Positions 48,238-58,188 of a stretch of 64,000 nt of DNA are shown one piece after another. Source of the DNA: Alphaproteobacteria bacterium (GTDB lineage: Bacteria > Pseudomonadota > Alphaproteobacteria > UBA2966); the NCBI GenBank assembly GCA_018650465.1, contig JABIFY010000107.1, positions 48,209 to 112,208 on the forward strand, in the 5' to 3' direction. Every line of letters starts with the position of its first letter. The stretch's first letter is position 1. The translations under genes were made by a program, and so were the position numbers. The notes under the pieces are model-generated. The model worked only from the letters and a program-made list of their open reading frames with translations, was not told the DNA's origin and made no database searches.

Positions 48238-50081
48238 GATCCGGAGCCCGCAACGACGTCATAGAGCCTGAAATTGCCAAGCGTATCGGGTAGTGGTAGA
48301 GGCTTTAGCCATTTCGGGGGCTTGCCCTTCGTTAATCGCTCAAACACTGTGTCAGGGCCGGTATCCGTTGACTTGTACCAGCTCTGCTCTTTGGCCTTCA
48401 GGCAGAGCATAACTGTATCAATACCGCGTGTGTGGGCGATTTTCCGGGCACTCGCCAGATCGGTTGCGGCAAAGAAATTTATGGTATCCAGAATGCCTTT
48501 TGTGTTGCGCTGATAAGGCGTGCCAACGGCACTGTGTTGGCTGCGATAAATGATCTCCGGGCCATAAAACACCAATGTCATGATCCGGCGTGATTTGTCG
48601 TTCAGGCTGGGCTCGGTCGCCAGATACTTGCTCATGACCGACATCTTGCAGTTCGCCGATTTTTTGTCACCATGGTCTTCGAATTTGTAGACCACGACCG
48701 TCAGCAACAAAAATACGGTTGCCATGCCGGCGACGATGGCCCCACGGGCCGCAGCTCTGGCAACGCGTGTGCCCTGGTCGACAGCGTCTGCCCCTTGGTC
48801 CAAGCGATCCAACAACGCCAACAACAAAGCAGTGTAAGGCAGGATCAGCATCAATTCGGCGTAGGTTGCCCAGCGGGCCTGATAAAGCGACAGGGGCACA
48901 AAGACGATCAGACACAAGCCGACCAGGATCCACATGCGATGGCGGTCGTGATCATGCCGTACGAGATACACAAGCCATGGGCCTGCCAGTAAGAAGGGTC
49001 CCAGCAAAAACAGGAATTCCCGCAGGCTTTTCAGTGGGTTATCACTGTTGATCAATGATCGGACCTCAGCCGTATTCTTGAACCAGAGCTCTACGACACG
49101 GGCATCAACTGCGGCATAAGGCCCGGCAAAAAAGGCCGGATACAAGGCGTATATGGCGGTCAGAACAAATAGAGTGCCAAAAAGGCCAAAGGATAGTCGG
49201 TGTTCCGGCTTTTCCGTTAACACCCAGCCATCCATGTTTTGTACCACCCGCCAGAAAGCCAGAATAGCGCCAAATACAGCCAGATGCACGATGGATATGC
49301 GGTCGTATCCGACGTCAAACCAGTTCGCCGGTGGCCGTTCAACCACCAAGGCCAGCAAGACAACCAGCACGATGCCTATCGTGAACAAACTGCCTGCCCG
49401 GGCATAGTGGCCACGCAGTTTCAGCCAGCCAAGACCAAGCGCTGTCTGTAGTAATGCCAAGGGCAACAGGAATTCAACGCTGACCCAAAGCCCCAAGCCG
49501 CCGATCATACCGCCCAGTAGAGCTGGTTTAACGTCAGAGGGTTTCAGGTCCTGGGCGAGGCGCAGGCCGTAGCCCAGCATAAGGACGAACAACAAGGCAA
49601 TCAGACTGTGATGATCCGGTCGGGCCGCCGAAAAATAGGACAGCAAGGCAGGCTGGGTCAGAGAGACCACACCGAGGTAAACCAGCCCTGCCCGCCGGAA
49701 CAGGGGTCGCGCCGCCCAGAACAGGGCGAACAAGGTTAGCCAGTGCAGAACCGGGCTGACGACCACGCCCCACCAATACAAAGCCTCCTTCAGCCCAAGT
49801 ATCGGGATCAGGGGAGCCGCCCCGGCCAGCAATACCAGGTCCATGGGCCGGGTCCAGTGCAAGGTGTCACCATAAGGCGTATTGGCCCGGTCAATGGTGC
49901 CATTGAACCAGTCCCCGGTTGTTGCAAGCGCCTCGACGCGTACCAGGCGCATGTAGCCGTCCGTGCCCCACAAGGCGTGATTCGGAATAGGAGAATCGGT
50001 CCGCATCATGAACAAAACCTGCACCACGATCAGCAACCCAAAGGGAAACCAGAGCGGCGATATGGTTCGGGATAATTTCAA
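48234..50081 (-). CDS. GT-C-fold membrane glycosyltransferase, STT3/AglB-like
   Basis: Many TM helices; DGYMRL in the first loop, LHWTRP.D, RPDHH, RW; soluble C-terminal domain with CxM, FYGPEI and PYQRN. Confidence 0.65.
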   Translation of the reverse strand: MKLSRTISPLWFPFGLLIVVQVLFMMRTDSPIPNHALWGTDGYMRLVRVEALATTGDWFNGTIDRANTPYGDTLHWTRPMDLVLLAGAAPLIPILGLKEALYWWGVVVSPVLHWLTLFALFWAARPLFRRAGLVYLGVVSLTQPALLSYFSAARPDHHSLIALLFVLMLGYGLRLAQDLKPSDVKPALLGGMIGGLGLWVSVEFLLPLALLQTALGLGWLKLRGHYARAGSLFTIGIVLVVLLALVVERPPANWFDVGYDRISIVHLAVFGAILAFWRVVQNMDGWVLTEKPEHRLSFGLFGTLFVLTAIYALYPAFFAGPYAAVDARVVELWFKNTAEVRSLINSDNPLKSLREFLFLLGPFLLAGPWLVYLVRHDHDRHRMWILVGLCLIVFVPLSLYQARWATYAELMLILPYTALLLALLDRLDQGADAVDQGTRVARAAARGAIVAGMATVFLLLTVVVYKFEDHGDKKSANCKMSVMSKYLATEPSLNDKSRRIMTLVFYGPEIIYRSQHSAVGTPYQRNTKGILDTINFFAATDLASARKIAHTRGIDTVMLCLKAKEQSWYKSTDTGPDTVFERLTKGKPPKWLKPLPLPDTLGNFRLYDVVAGSGS

Positions 50082-50091
50082 GACGCGTCCG

Positions 50092-51666
50092 TCACTGCTT
50101 TTCTTCGTGATATTCGGCTTCCGTATTCACAGACCAGGACGCATCCCGGTCCAGTTTACCGTCAATAATCTGATCAACCGCCATCATTGCGGTAAGCATG
50201 GAGTGATCCTGATTATTGTATCTGTGCATGCCGTTGCGCCCCAGGGGAAAGAAGTTATCCCATTGATCCAGATACCGCCGAACAACGTCAAACCGCGGCC
50301 AGGTACCAAAATAAGCCGGGTAGGTCTTTGGCATACGGATGACCACGGCAGATTTTACGGCCGCTGGTCTCGCCACATTGATCTTGTCCAGTTCCTGAAC
50401 GGCAAAGGCTTTCAGGTCATCGTCCGCCATGGCCCACAAATCATCGCCTTCAGCACAAAAATATTCCATACCCATCCAGACCGTTGATGGGTCCGCAACC
50501 ATATAAGGGCTCCAGTTATTGAAAATTTGCAAACGTCCGACCTGAACATCGGGTTCCTGCACATAAATCCAGTTGTCCGGCACCCTTTCCGCCAGCTCAA
50601 TGCCACTGGCGCCGCCGCCAAGTTCGGTTCGGTTCAAAAGCACGCCAACTGTAATGAAATCACGATACATCAAGCCTTCAGCCACTTCCAAAACCTCCGG
50701 TGGGGCTGGTGGGGAAATGCCCTTCACCAGATCCTTGATGGCCATGGTCGAAAACACGTAATTACCGGTCAGTGTTTCCTTGCCTGACGGTCCATCAATG
50801 TCGATGGTCGTCACGGTGTCACCGTCATGTTGAAAGCCGGTTACACGGCAGCCAAAACGAACCTCACCGCCCTTTTTCTCGATCTCACGCACCACCTGCT
50901 GCCACATATGGCCGGGACCATATTTCGGATAGAGGAAATGCTCGATCAGGCTGGTTTCAGTGTCCTTTTGATCGACGGATGATTTGCGCCAGAGCGAACC
51001 AATGGCGTGTTTGACGATACCGGTCAGCGACAAGCCCTTGATGCGCTGGGCCCCCCATTCAGCCGAGATTTCATGACACGGCACACCCCATACTTTTTCG
51101 GTGTAATCACGAAAGAATGTTGCATAAAGCTCTCGCCCGAAGCGGTTGATGATGAAATCTTCCAGCGTATTTTCGGGGCGAATGGGCAGGATTTGCGCCT
51201 TCAGGAAGCCAAAGCCGATACGGATAGTTGCCATCAAACCAAGCTTTTGCAGGGTGCCGAGGCTCAGACTAAGCGGATAGTCAAAAAATTCACCCCTGAA
51301 CAAAATGCGCGACACCCGTTTGCGCACCAGCATAACGTTGTCCTGGGCATCTGGATCGGGGCCGTCTTTTGGCAGCTCGACCCAGTGCTTTTTATTCTGG
51401 TAACTAATCTCGATGCCACCTTCGGCAGCTCCCTGCATGGGCAGGATGTCACGCCACCAGTCCATTACCCTGTCGGATTTGGAAAAAAACCGATGCCCGC
51501 CGATATCGATGCGGTTACCTTCGAATTCAACGGTTTTTGAAATACCGCCAATATCCTGGCTGGCTTCCAGAACAATCGGTTTGATATCCGTTCGTCGCAA
51601 TAATTCCAGGGCAGCTGTCAGGCCTGCAGGACCGGCACCAATAATGAGGGCTGTTTTATCGCTCAT
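50092..51666 (-). CDS. FAD-dependent oxidoreductase, UDP-galactopyranose mutase/HemY-like
   Basis: [40 protein letters not shown]. Confidence 0.8.
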   Translation of the reverse strand: MSDKTALIIGAGPAGLTAALELLRRTDIKPIVLEASQDIGGISKTVEFEGNRIDIGGHRFFSKSDRVMDWWRDILPMQGAAEGGIEISYQNKKHWVELPKDGPDPDAQDNVMLVRKRVSRILFRGEFFDYPLSLSLGTLQKLGLMATIRIGFGFLKAQILPIRPENTLEDFIINRFGRELYATFFRDYTEKVWGVPCHEISAEWGAQRIKGLSLTGIVKHAIGSLWRKSSVDQKDTETSLIEHFLYPKYGPGHMWQQVVREIEKKGGEVRFGCRVTGFQHDGDTVTTIDIDGPSGKETLTGNYVFSTMAIKDLVKGISPPAPPEVLEVAEGLMYRDFITVGVLLNRTELGGGASGIELAERVPDNWIYVQEPDVQVGRLQIFNNWSPYMVADPSTVWMGMEYFCAEGDDLWAMADDDLKAFAVQELDKINVARPAAVKSAVVIRMPKTYPAYFGTWPRFDVVRRYLDQWDNFFPLGRNGMHRYNNQDHSMLTAMMAVDQIIDGKLDRDASWSVNTEAEYHEEKQ

Positions 51667-51673
51667 GAAATCG

Positions 51674-52141
51674 TCAGGATGCCGATGCTGTTGGATTATT
51701 GTTTTCTCTGAACAGCAACCACTTTCGCACTATGAAGTTAAAAACAAAACTGCTGCCAGCAGCAAATAGCTTGGAAATTTGATACGGTACGCTGTTGGCA
51801 GAGGCAAAAACCCACAAAACGGCTTCGTTCACCAGCAAGCCGCCAAGCCCAATGGCAAAAAACAAAATAAATTCCCTGTGTGGCCGGTCTATCCGTCTGT
51901 GCTTAAACACCCAGAATATGGATCCGGCGTAGGCGACAGTAGCGCCTGAACTGAAAGAAATTGCGTTCGCCAGCAACAATTCCAGACCAAAAACTTCATG
52001 AAACAAGATCAAAAGACCGTAATCCACCGCCAAGGCCAGCAAACTGACGCCAAAATAGCGAAACACCTCACCCGAAAGCCTGTTTTGGCTCAATTTTTTG
52101 ATTTTGTTAGCCTGTTTTGACAAAAAAGGTCCTGCAAACAC
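51674..52141 (-). CDS. GtrA-family lipid-linked sugar flippase; start uncertain
   Basis: FRYF.V...A..VD, AN..SF, WVF, SK......FNF..RK..LF; four TM segments. Confidence 0.88.
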   Translation of the reverse strand: MFAGPFLSKQANKIKKLSQNRLSGEVFRYFGVSLLALAVDYGLLILFHEVFGLELLLANAISFSSGATVAYAGSIFWVFKHRRIDRPHREFILFFAIGLGGLLVNEAVLWVFASANSVPYQISKLFAAGSSFVFNFIVRKWLLFRENNNPTASAS

Positions 52142-52394
52142 TCAAAATAGATTGTGTTTCATTTTATCTGATTCCGATCCACTAATTTTCGCTGATCTCA
52201 TCCACCAGCGCAACCAATCGGGCACTAAACCATTTAAATCATACTATTTTTTCACCCTCACGGATCAGTGAACGAAAATATTTGTTTTGCTCTTGCGCCC
52301 GCTGACATCAGCACCATATCTGCCTCACAACAGCAGCAGTTCAGGTATCAAGCTCATGGGGAGCCTGCCGAACCGCAACTCAAAGGACAGAAAA

Positions 52395-52679
52395 ATGTCA
52401 CCGCAAGGGACCCAGGACAAGACCAATCGGACTAACTGCACAGCGAAGGAAGTCGTGACGTCGCGGAAGGTCATCGGGGCCTGGGTGATGGGCGGTGGAA
52501 TCTGGTTGCTGGGGATGCTTGCCTTGCTTGTGGTGCCCATGATTTCCACGAACGTCAACGCTGGTGTGACACCCACATCGGCCTATTACTCGCACAGTGG
52601 CAGCTGGAAAACAGTTACCGACCCCAGTGGCAAATATACAGCCGTCGTTCGTAACTTGGTTCAGGCACCAAAATTCTGA
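52395..52679 (+). CDS. Small hypothetical single-TM protein
   Basis: AAGGA RBS before ATG 52395; one hydrophobic segment (WVMGGGIWLLGMLALLVVPMI). Confidence 0.55.
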   Translation: MSPQGTQDKTNRTNCTAKEVVTSRKVIGAWVMGGGIWLLGMLALLVVPMISTNVNAGVTPTSAYYSHSGSWKTVTDPSGKYTAVVRNLVQAPKF

Positions 52680-52826
52680 TCTAATAACTGGTCAGTCGCC
52701 TGAAGCCTGTCTCTCGGCACTTGTCGAAATCATGGTTCCAACATAGTCTGCCTTGATCGGGCAAAGGGGAAGCCATGCCCTGTTGGCGCTCGCCTACAGG
52801 GTACTGGCAATTATTGAGGGATTTCA

Positions 52827-53132
52827 ATGCGATACGTGGCGAGGGATACAGAGGGCAAGATTGTTGCGATCTTTGACCGCCCGCACCCTGCTGCACCGGA
52901 ATATCTCGATGAAAACGACCCGGAACTGATCGCCTTTGTGACCGGTGGTCGATCAGAAGAAGCCATGCGGGAATACTTGCAAAGTTCGGATTCTGACTTG
53001 CTGCGCATTATTGAAGACTTGATCTCTGTGTTGATCGACAACAATGTTATTCTGCTGACAGACTTTCCGGATCACGCCCAGCAAAAGTTGATGCGTCGGC
53101 AAAACATTCGGGAAAAGCTGCAAAGCACTTGA
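52827..53132 (+). CDS. Conserved small protein (family often labelled tryptophan synthase beta-like)
   Basis: YV.RD..G.I, E...F, SD..L.R..EDLI.VLI...VI..TD.P..AQ.KL..R...R; GAGG RBS. Confidence 0.75.
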   Translation: MRYVARDTEGKIVAIFDRPHPAAPEYLDENDPELIAFVTGGRSEEAMREYLQSSDSDLLRIIEDLISVLIDNNVILLTDFPDHAQQKLMRRQNIREKLQST

Positions 53133-53134
53133 AT

Positions 53135-54046
53135 TCAGCTGCTGCCCGCACGGCTCTTCATCATCTCGGTAATGCTATTGGCTGCATCGATGGAGGCTTG
53201 GTCTTTTGCCTTCATGACCAGTTGCAAAGCATTGCCAAGTTGGCGCACAAGCTCCATATCCGATGCCTTTGCCGCATTTCCTGACATCATTCGACGGCCA
53301 ACGGCAACAAGTGTTTTACAAAGCTTAGCCTGATGGTTGAAACGCGTATTGGCGATCCGCTTGTCCAGAAGTTCTGCGGCCTCGGCAAGTTCCTTCAGAA
53401 GCCTGGGTAATTTGTTCTTGTGTTCTTCAGGCATCGAAGTGATCATGCCTGCGGTGACCAGGATTTTGTTGACGTAACGTTCAACCCTTTGCTCCTGCAC
53501 CAATTCCTGAATAGTTTCGTGATCTACACCGTCATCTTCCCCTGTCGCGGTGTGGCGTAACCGGTTCGGCACCTTGATTTGCGGGATGGGATTATCATCA
53601 TCCCTGAGACTTGAACGCCTGTCCGGGCCGATGTAATCCGACGTCACCACAAAAGGTTTGCGTTTGTTGATCAGGGTTTCGATAGCCGTCTTCATTTTTC
53701 CGATGGTCATGGGCAGCGTCAGCAGCAGATCCGCTCCACTGGAAATAATTTCTGTGACCAGTTCCCGGTTTGGGTCCCAGGTCGTGGCGATAATCGGCAA
53801 AAAAGCGTCACTGCCAATGTCCCCCTGGCGGATATCATGAAACATTTTTGGTGCCACACCACCACCCGTTTCCGCGTCACAAATCAAGACGTCGCAACCA
53901 ACACCGGCAAGTCTGTTTTGAACATCTGCCAGATTTGTCATTTCATGGAATCGCCGAAAACCCACGTCATGCAAGGCATCACGGGCGGCCTTCATGGACC
54001 CTGGTTTTTCATCCACAAGAATGGCACTTGCTTTGTGAAGTTCCAT
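53135..54046 (-). CDS. Atypical response regulator, paralog of 10122-11048
   Basis: VLICD, FLPII.TTW.P, LLLTLP, KRKPFVVTSDYIGPDRR, P.I.VPN.LR. Confidence 0.8.
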   Translation of the reverse strand: MELHKASAILVDEKPGSMKAARDALHDVGFRRFHEMTNLADVQNRLAGVGCDVLICDAETGGGVAPKMFHDIRQGDIGSDAFLPIIATTWDPNRELVTEIISSGADLLLTLPMTIGKMKTAIETLINKRKPFVVTSDYIGPDRRSSLRDDDNPIPQIKVPNRLRHTATGEDDGVDHETIQELVQEQRVERYVNKILVTAGMITSMPEEHKNKLPRLLKELAEAAELLDKRIANTRFNHQAKLCKTLVAVGRRMMSGNAAKASDMELVRQLGNALQLVMKAKDQASIDAANSITEMMKSRAGSS

Positions 54047-54172
54047 AAAATAATTACTCGAACAAAATAAATATCAAAAAATATTTGCGATAAAATGATG
54101 GAAAGAAATCAGGACTAAAAGCATTATTGTATGTGTTTTATCTAAAAGCGAAGTAAATTATCTGGCGTCAGT

Positions 54173-54832
54173 TCAGATCACTTCATCATCTCGGGAAGTG
54201 GTTTCGCCATATCGACCGAGCGCTGGTTTTTTCAAGCCGTCATATAGCTTGTCCAGCCCTTCATTCACAGTTTGGCCGGCGTTATGGAACAAACTGTTTC
54301 CCTGCAAATCACTTTCGAGCAAAAACGGGCCGAAGTTGTCCACTTCCAGCACCCACATGGCTTGTGCAATGCCCAGTTCTTCGAGCCAGTGCACGTCAAC
54401 AACCCGCTTGACCCCGCGCCCCAGTAACGCCCCGGTGCCATAACCAACTGTCGTCAAATAGACAGCATTATTTGGCACAAAATGTTGCAAATAATCCTCC
54501 CGTGACATGCCGCCCTTACCGATGATCATCTGGCATTTGGAAAGTTCGAACCACTTGCTCATCCATTTTGAAAATCTGAAACTGGCGGTTCCTGTGACCG
54601 CACCAACATCGAACCCGCCTGCGTCATTCGACGCTGCTGCGGGCGAGCAATGAAAATTCACGTTGGTCGTTGCGACAAGGTCAAGTGGTGGCGGGATGCC
54701 TTCGTCGATCAAGCGTTTGTACAAGCCTTCCCGGCCGGTATACAGCAGCCCTTCCAGATAGATGATGGTACCTATTTCCAGCCCCTGCAAATCAGCTGTG
54801 GTGACGGGCATTTTCAGATGGACTGTTTTCAT
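54173..54832 (-). CDS. Fe-S hydro-lyase beta subunit (fumarate hydratase/TtdB-like)
   Basis: L..G..IYL.G.LYTGRE, IIGKGG, WLEELGIAQA.W...V..FGP....D..GNSLF. Confidence 0.88.
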   Translation of the reverse strand: MKTVHLKMPVTTADLQGLEIGTIIYLEGLLYTGREGLYKRLIDEGIPPPLDLVATTNVNFHCSPAAASNDAGGFDVGAVTGTASFRFSKWMSKWFELSKCQMIIGKGGMSREDYLQHFVPNNAVYLTTVGYGTGALLGRGVKRVVDVHWLEELGIAQAMWVLEVDNFGPFLLESDLQGNSLFHNAGQTVNEGLDKLYDGLKKPALGRYGETTSRDDEVI

Positions 54833-55758
54833 TCGATGCCCTCCCGCCGCATATAATCCGTAAACCAGGCCGGATCGGTTCGATACTCGATTTCACCACT
54901 GGCATGCAGGCGTGCGACAGCCCGTCGTGATGACAAACAGAAACTGTGTACGCTGACTGGCATGCCCCCGGTATGGGTGCAGCCGACTTCGATGTTGCAG
55001 TCAACGACCATGGAACTGCCGACAAATCCCATGGGCCCCATGCCGATATTGTTGCCAAGGTCTTTTAATTCCCGTTCAAGCGCCGCGATTTGCGGGTCTG
55101 GATTTTGATTACCAACAATACGCAGACAGGCCGCCTGTTTTCCCAGTGTCATGCAAACGTCTTTACTGCCACCAATGCCGACCCCGACAATAGCGGGCTG
55201 GCAGGCCAGACCCCGTCGGCCAAACTGGATCATCACATCAAGGAAAAAACGCTTGATCCCATCGATGCCATCACCTGGAAAAAGCATGCGGAAATCGGAT
55301 CCGAACAGCCCGCCCTTATGGACGGTGACGATATCGATCCAGTCGGCGTTTGGTTCAAATGAATAATCAATTTCCGGCGCACCGATGCCAACATTGTTGT
55401 TGTTATCTGCACGGGTCAGCGGGTGAACCCGGTTGGGTCGCAAGGGCACCTCATGAGTTGCTGTGGCTGTGGCCCGGCGCAAGGCGCGCTCCAACGCGAT
55501 GAAGCCACCCTCGACGCTGGCTTCGTTGCCGACCTTCACGAAATAGCGCGGCAGGCCTGTATCGGCACACATGGGTCTGCGGTCATCCTCGGCTGCCTCC
55601 CAGTTTTCGACCATGGATTTCAATACAAACTGGCTTAGCTCATTTGTTTCCTGGGGCATCATGGCTTTGACACCGTCACGAAAATCTTCGGGGATATCGA
55701 TTGCGGCTCGACGCATGATCTCGAGACCGGCTTGTTCAATAGAGACTTCCTTGATCAT
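54829..55758 (-). CDS. Fe-S hydro-lyase alpha subunit (fumarate hydratase/TtdA-like)
   Basis: PMCADTG, LRPN.VHP, ACQP..VGVGIGG, GPMGF.G, H...MP, FC.SSRR; three cluster Cys. Confidence 0.88.
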   Translation of the reverse strand: MIKEVSIEQAGLEIMRRAAIDIPEDFRDGVKAMMPQETNELSQFVLKSMVENWEAAEDDRRPMCADTGLPRYFVKVGNEASVEGGFIALERALRRATATATHEVPLRPNRVHPLTRADNNNNVGIGAPEIDYSFEPNADWIDIVTVHKGGLFGSDFRMLFPGDGIDGIKRFFLDVMIQFGRRGLACQPAIVGVGIGGSKDVCMTLGKQAACLRIVGNQNPDPQIAALERELKDLGNNIGMGPMGFVGSSMVVDCNIEVGCTHTGGMPVSVHSFCLSSRRAVARLHASGEIEYRTDPAWFTDYMRREGIE

Positions 55759-57476
55759 GGCTTGTCTTCCGATCCTTCGTCCACGTTTGGTTTGATGCGA
55801 TTGAAGTCTACGGACTGGCGACTGACCTGAAGGGACCCATTGATTTGACGCAATTCGGTATACCAGGCTTGCCTGGGTGCCAGCGTGTCGCTGAAGTCAG
55901 ACCGAAAATGCGCACCGGCACTGTCGTCTCGCGCCTGGGCAGCGGCGATAATCATTTTGCTCACCGTCATCTGGCTATCCAGATTGAGCCAGTCTTGCCA
56001 GGCAATATCATAGTGGCGCTGACCCGATCCAATGCCTGTATTCATCAAATCATCATGCAAAGCATTTACGGCTTTCGAAACACGCTCAAGCCCTTGCGCG
56101 TCACGGATAATCCCGGCGTCATCCCACATCACATTACTTAACCTTTCGCGCAAATCATTCAGGTCGCCCGGTGCGCGGTTCAGGGGATGGCTTGTGCGCT
56201 CAACCGCTGCGGCCAGTTCCCCTTCGTCCGCTTCTGCAAAGCCCGATTGTTCTGCCACCCAGCCCGCCATTGTATCACCGGCAATGCCACCAAACACGGT
56301 TGAATTCCCGACACCGTTGCCGCCCAAACGATTGGCGCCATGCACACCGCCGGTATCTTCGCCTGCCGCAAACAAACCTGTTAATTCGGTTCGGCAGTCT
56401 GTTTGGAACACGACACCACCCATCATGTAATGGGCTGTGGGCACAACTTCGACCAAACCGCTAACCAGGTCAAAACCACAATCTGCACAGCGTTCCACCA
56501 TGCCCTTGAATTGTTTTTTAACCATCTTGGCATCCAGGTGCTTCATGGTGATGTAGACACCACCATTTTTGGCCGTCCGCCCTGCCCGCATCTGGTCATA
56601 CATGGCGCGACTGACAATATCCCTGGTGGCCCGTTCGGCACGGGGGTCGTAATCCGCCATAAAGCGTTCTTCGTCGCCGTTCAATAGATAGCCACCAGCA
56701 CCCCGCAGCCCTTCTTCGATGATCGTGCCGGTAATGCGCGTGTCCTCACCTGCCACCAGGCCGGTGGGGTGGAACTGCACCATTTCCATATCCCGTAAAG
56801 GCAAGCCAGCTGCGAGGGCCATGGCCATGCCATCACAACTTTTATCACCCGACGGGGTGTGATAGCGGTACATTGTCGGGCCACCGCCGGTTGCCAACAG
56901 AACGGCTTTTGCTTCGACAAACAGGAATTTCCCGCTGCGGATATCCAGCAACAAAACCCCGGCCAGACGATCACCAGTTTTGTTTTTGATCAGGGCCACG
57001 GCCCGGTGTTCTTCAAGGCGATTGATGTTGCGGGCCCAGACCTGTTCTGCCAATCGGCTGATGATTTCGATACCCGTCAGGTCACCCTTGTGCACGGTTC
57101 GGTCAAAGGTCTGACCGGCAAAGGCCTTCTGATGAATGCTGCCATCAGGATTGCGATCAAAGAAACAGCCAATTTCGTTTTCAAGCTCGTGAATACGCTC
57201 AACCGCACCGTTCACCAGAGTCCAGGCCAGGTCCTGGTTGTTGATCCATTTGCCACCTTCGACGGTGTCGCGAAAATGTCGCTCGACGGAATCGCCCAAG
57301 GCCAGAGCGACGTTATAACCGCCCTGCACCATGCGCGTGCAACCGGATTTGCCCAGCAAGCCTTTCACGGCGACGGTAATATCCAGGTCAGAATTTTTAC
57401 GATGGGCATGGATCGCCGCGAACAACCCTGCCCCGCCACTGCCGAGAATCAGAATATCTGTACGCCGTCGTTCCAT
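55755..57476 (-). CDS. Succinate dehydrogenase/fumarate reductase-family flavoprotein (divergent)
   Basis: GSGGAG, LATGG, QFHPT, ERATRDIVSRA, AHYMMGG, HGANRLGGN, SAGAHFRSDF. Confidence 0.9.
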   Translation of the reverse strand: MERRRTDILILGSGGAGLFAAIHAHRKNSDLDITVAVKGLLGKSGCTRMVQGGYNVALALGDSVERHFRDTVEGGKWINNQDLAWTLVNGAVERIHELENEIGCFFDRNPDGSIHQKAFAGQTFDRTVHKGDLTGIEIISRLAEQVWARNINRLEEHRAVALIKNKTGDRLAGVLLLDIRSGKFLFVEAKAVLLATGGGPTMYRYHTPSGDKSCDGMAMALAAGLPLRDMEMVQFHPTGLVAGEDTRITGTIIEEGLRGAGGYLLNGDEERFMADYDPRAERATRDIVSRAMYDQMRAGRTAKNGGVYITMKHLDAKMVKKQFKGMVERCADCGFDLVSGLVEVVPTAHYMMGGVVFQTDCRTELTGLFAAGEDTGGVHGANRLGGNGVGNSTVFGGIAGDTMAGWVAEQSGFAEADEGELAAAVERTSHPLNRAPGDLNDLRERLSNVMWDDAGIIRDAQGLERVSKAVNALHDDLMNTGIGSGQRHYDIAWQDWLNLDSQMTVSKMIIAAAQARDDSAGAHFRSDFSDTLAPRQAWYTELRQINGSLQVSRQSVDFNRIKPNVDEGSEDKP

Positions 57477-57844
57477 CAGTCGACGCCCCCAAATGCTGAC
57501 AGCAGAAAGACAATCCCCACTGCCAGAGCAAAACCTGACGCCAGGGCGATAAATGTTTTTTGACTGTTTTGCCAGGGCAGGAATTCAAGCGCCAGCAAGC
57601 GAAGCCCGCCGGCGAAATGAGCCGCGAATAAAACGACCAGAATGGTTTCGGCTATCTTCACCAATGGCGTGTCAGCCCAGGTTAAAAAACGGTCCAGTTG
57701 GCGAGGGTCATCAAGGGCCTGGCTCAGCACCAACAAATGAACCGGCAGGAATATCACCAACGTCAATCCTGAAATGCGGTGCAAGGCAAAAGCCCACCAG
57801 GCCGGGTGATGACGGGCGGCCCAGGGTTTTTGCAGCATGGTCAT
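57476..57844 (-). CDS. SdhC-like cytochrome b membrane anchor
   Basis: LHRISG, three TM helices, H..GGLR heme ligand; ATGA overlap. Confidence 0.85.
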   Translation of the reverse strand: MTMLQKPWAARHHPAWWAFALHRISGLTLVIFLPVHLLVLSQALDDPRQLDRFLTWADTPLVKIAETILVVLFAAHFAGGLRLLALEFLPWQNSQKTFIALASGFALAVGIVFLLSAFGGVD

Positions 57845-58188
57845 GCGATAGCTCTGATTGTCTGGAGGCCGAAGATCAAGACCAGGGCCAGCAGGCCCAA
57901 GGCGAACGTATTGATTGAGCGCCCGGGCAAAGTCGTCATTTCCTGCAGGATGTTGCGAAACCCCAGTGCCCCGTGAACCCCGGCGGCAACAAAAAACAAT
58001 CCGTACATGACCGGCCACATAAAGGAGGACTGTGTTCGGCCCAGCATTTCAGACGTACTCAAGCCGCCTTGTACAGCGTAGATCATGACACCAAGGTGAA
58101 CGATGACCAGCGGGGCCAGGACCAGGGCGCTGAGGCGTTGCAGGACAAAGGCCCAGGTCTCCCGATAGGTTTCTTTATGCTGCGTCAT
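57841..58188 (-). CDS. SdhD-like membrane anchor
   Basis: QRLSA, three TM helices, H...G.R.I..E; ATGA overlap. Confidence 0.85.
   Translation of the reverse strand: MTQHKETYRETWAFVLQRLSALVLAPLVIVHLGVMIYAVQGGLSTSEMLGRTQSSFMWPVMYGLFFVAAGVHGALGFRNILQEMTTLPGRSINTFALGLLALVLIFGLQTIRAIA

Noticed and set aside
54047-54172. CtrA boxes in the AT-rich leaders of the two atypical regulators (also 11049-11211)
   Set aside because: Only matches with two or more mismatches in AT-rich DNA; not distinguishable from chance.
55755-57476. Calling the flavoprotein nadB or housekeeping sdhA
   Set aside because: The Fe-S and anchor subunits argue against NadB; gene order and motif changes differ from alphaproteobacterial sdhCDAB.
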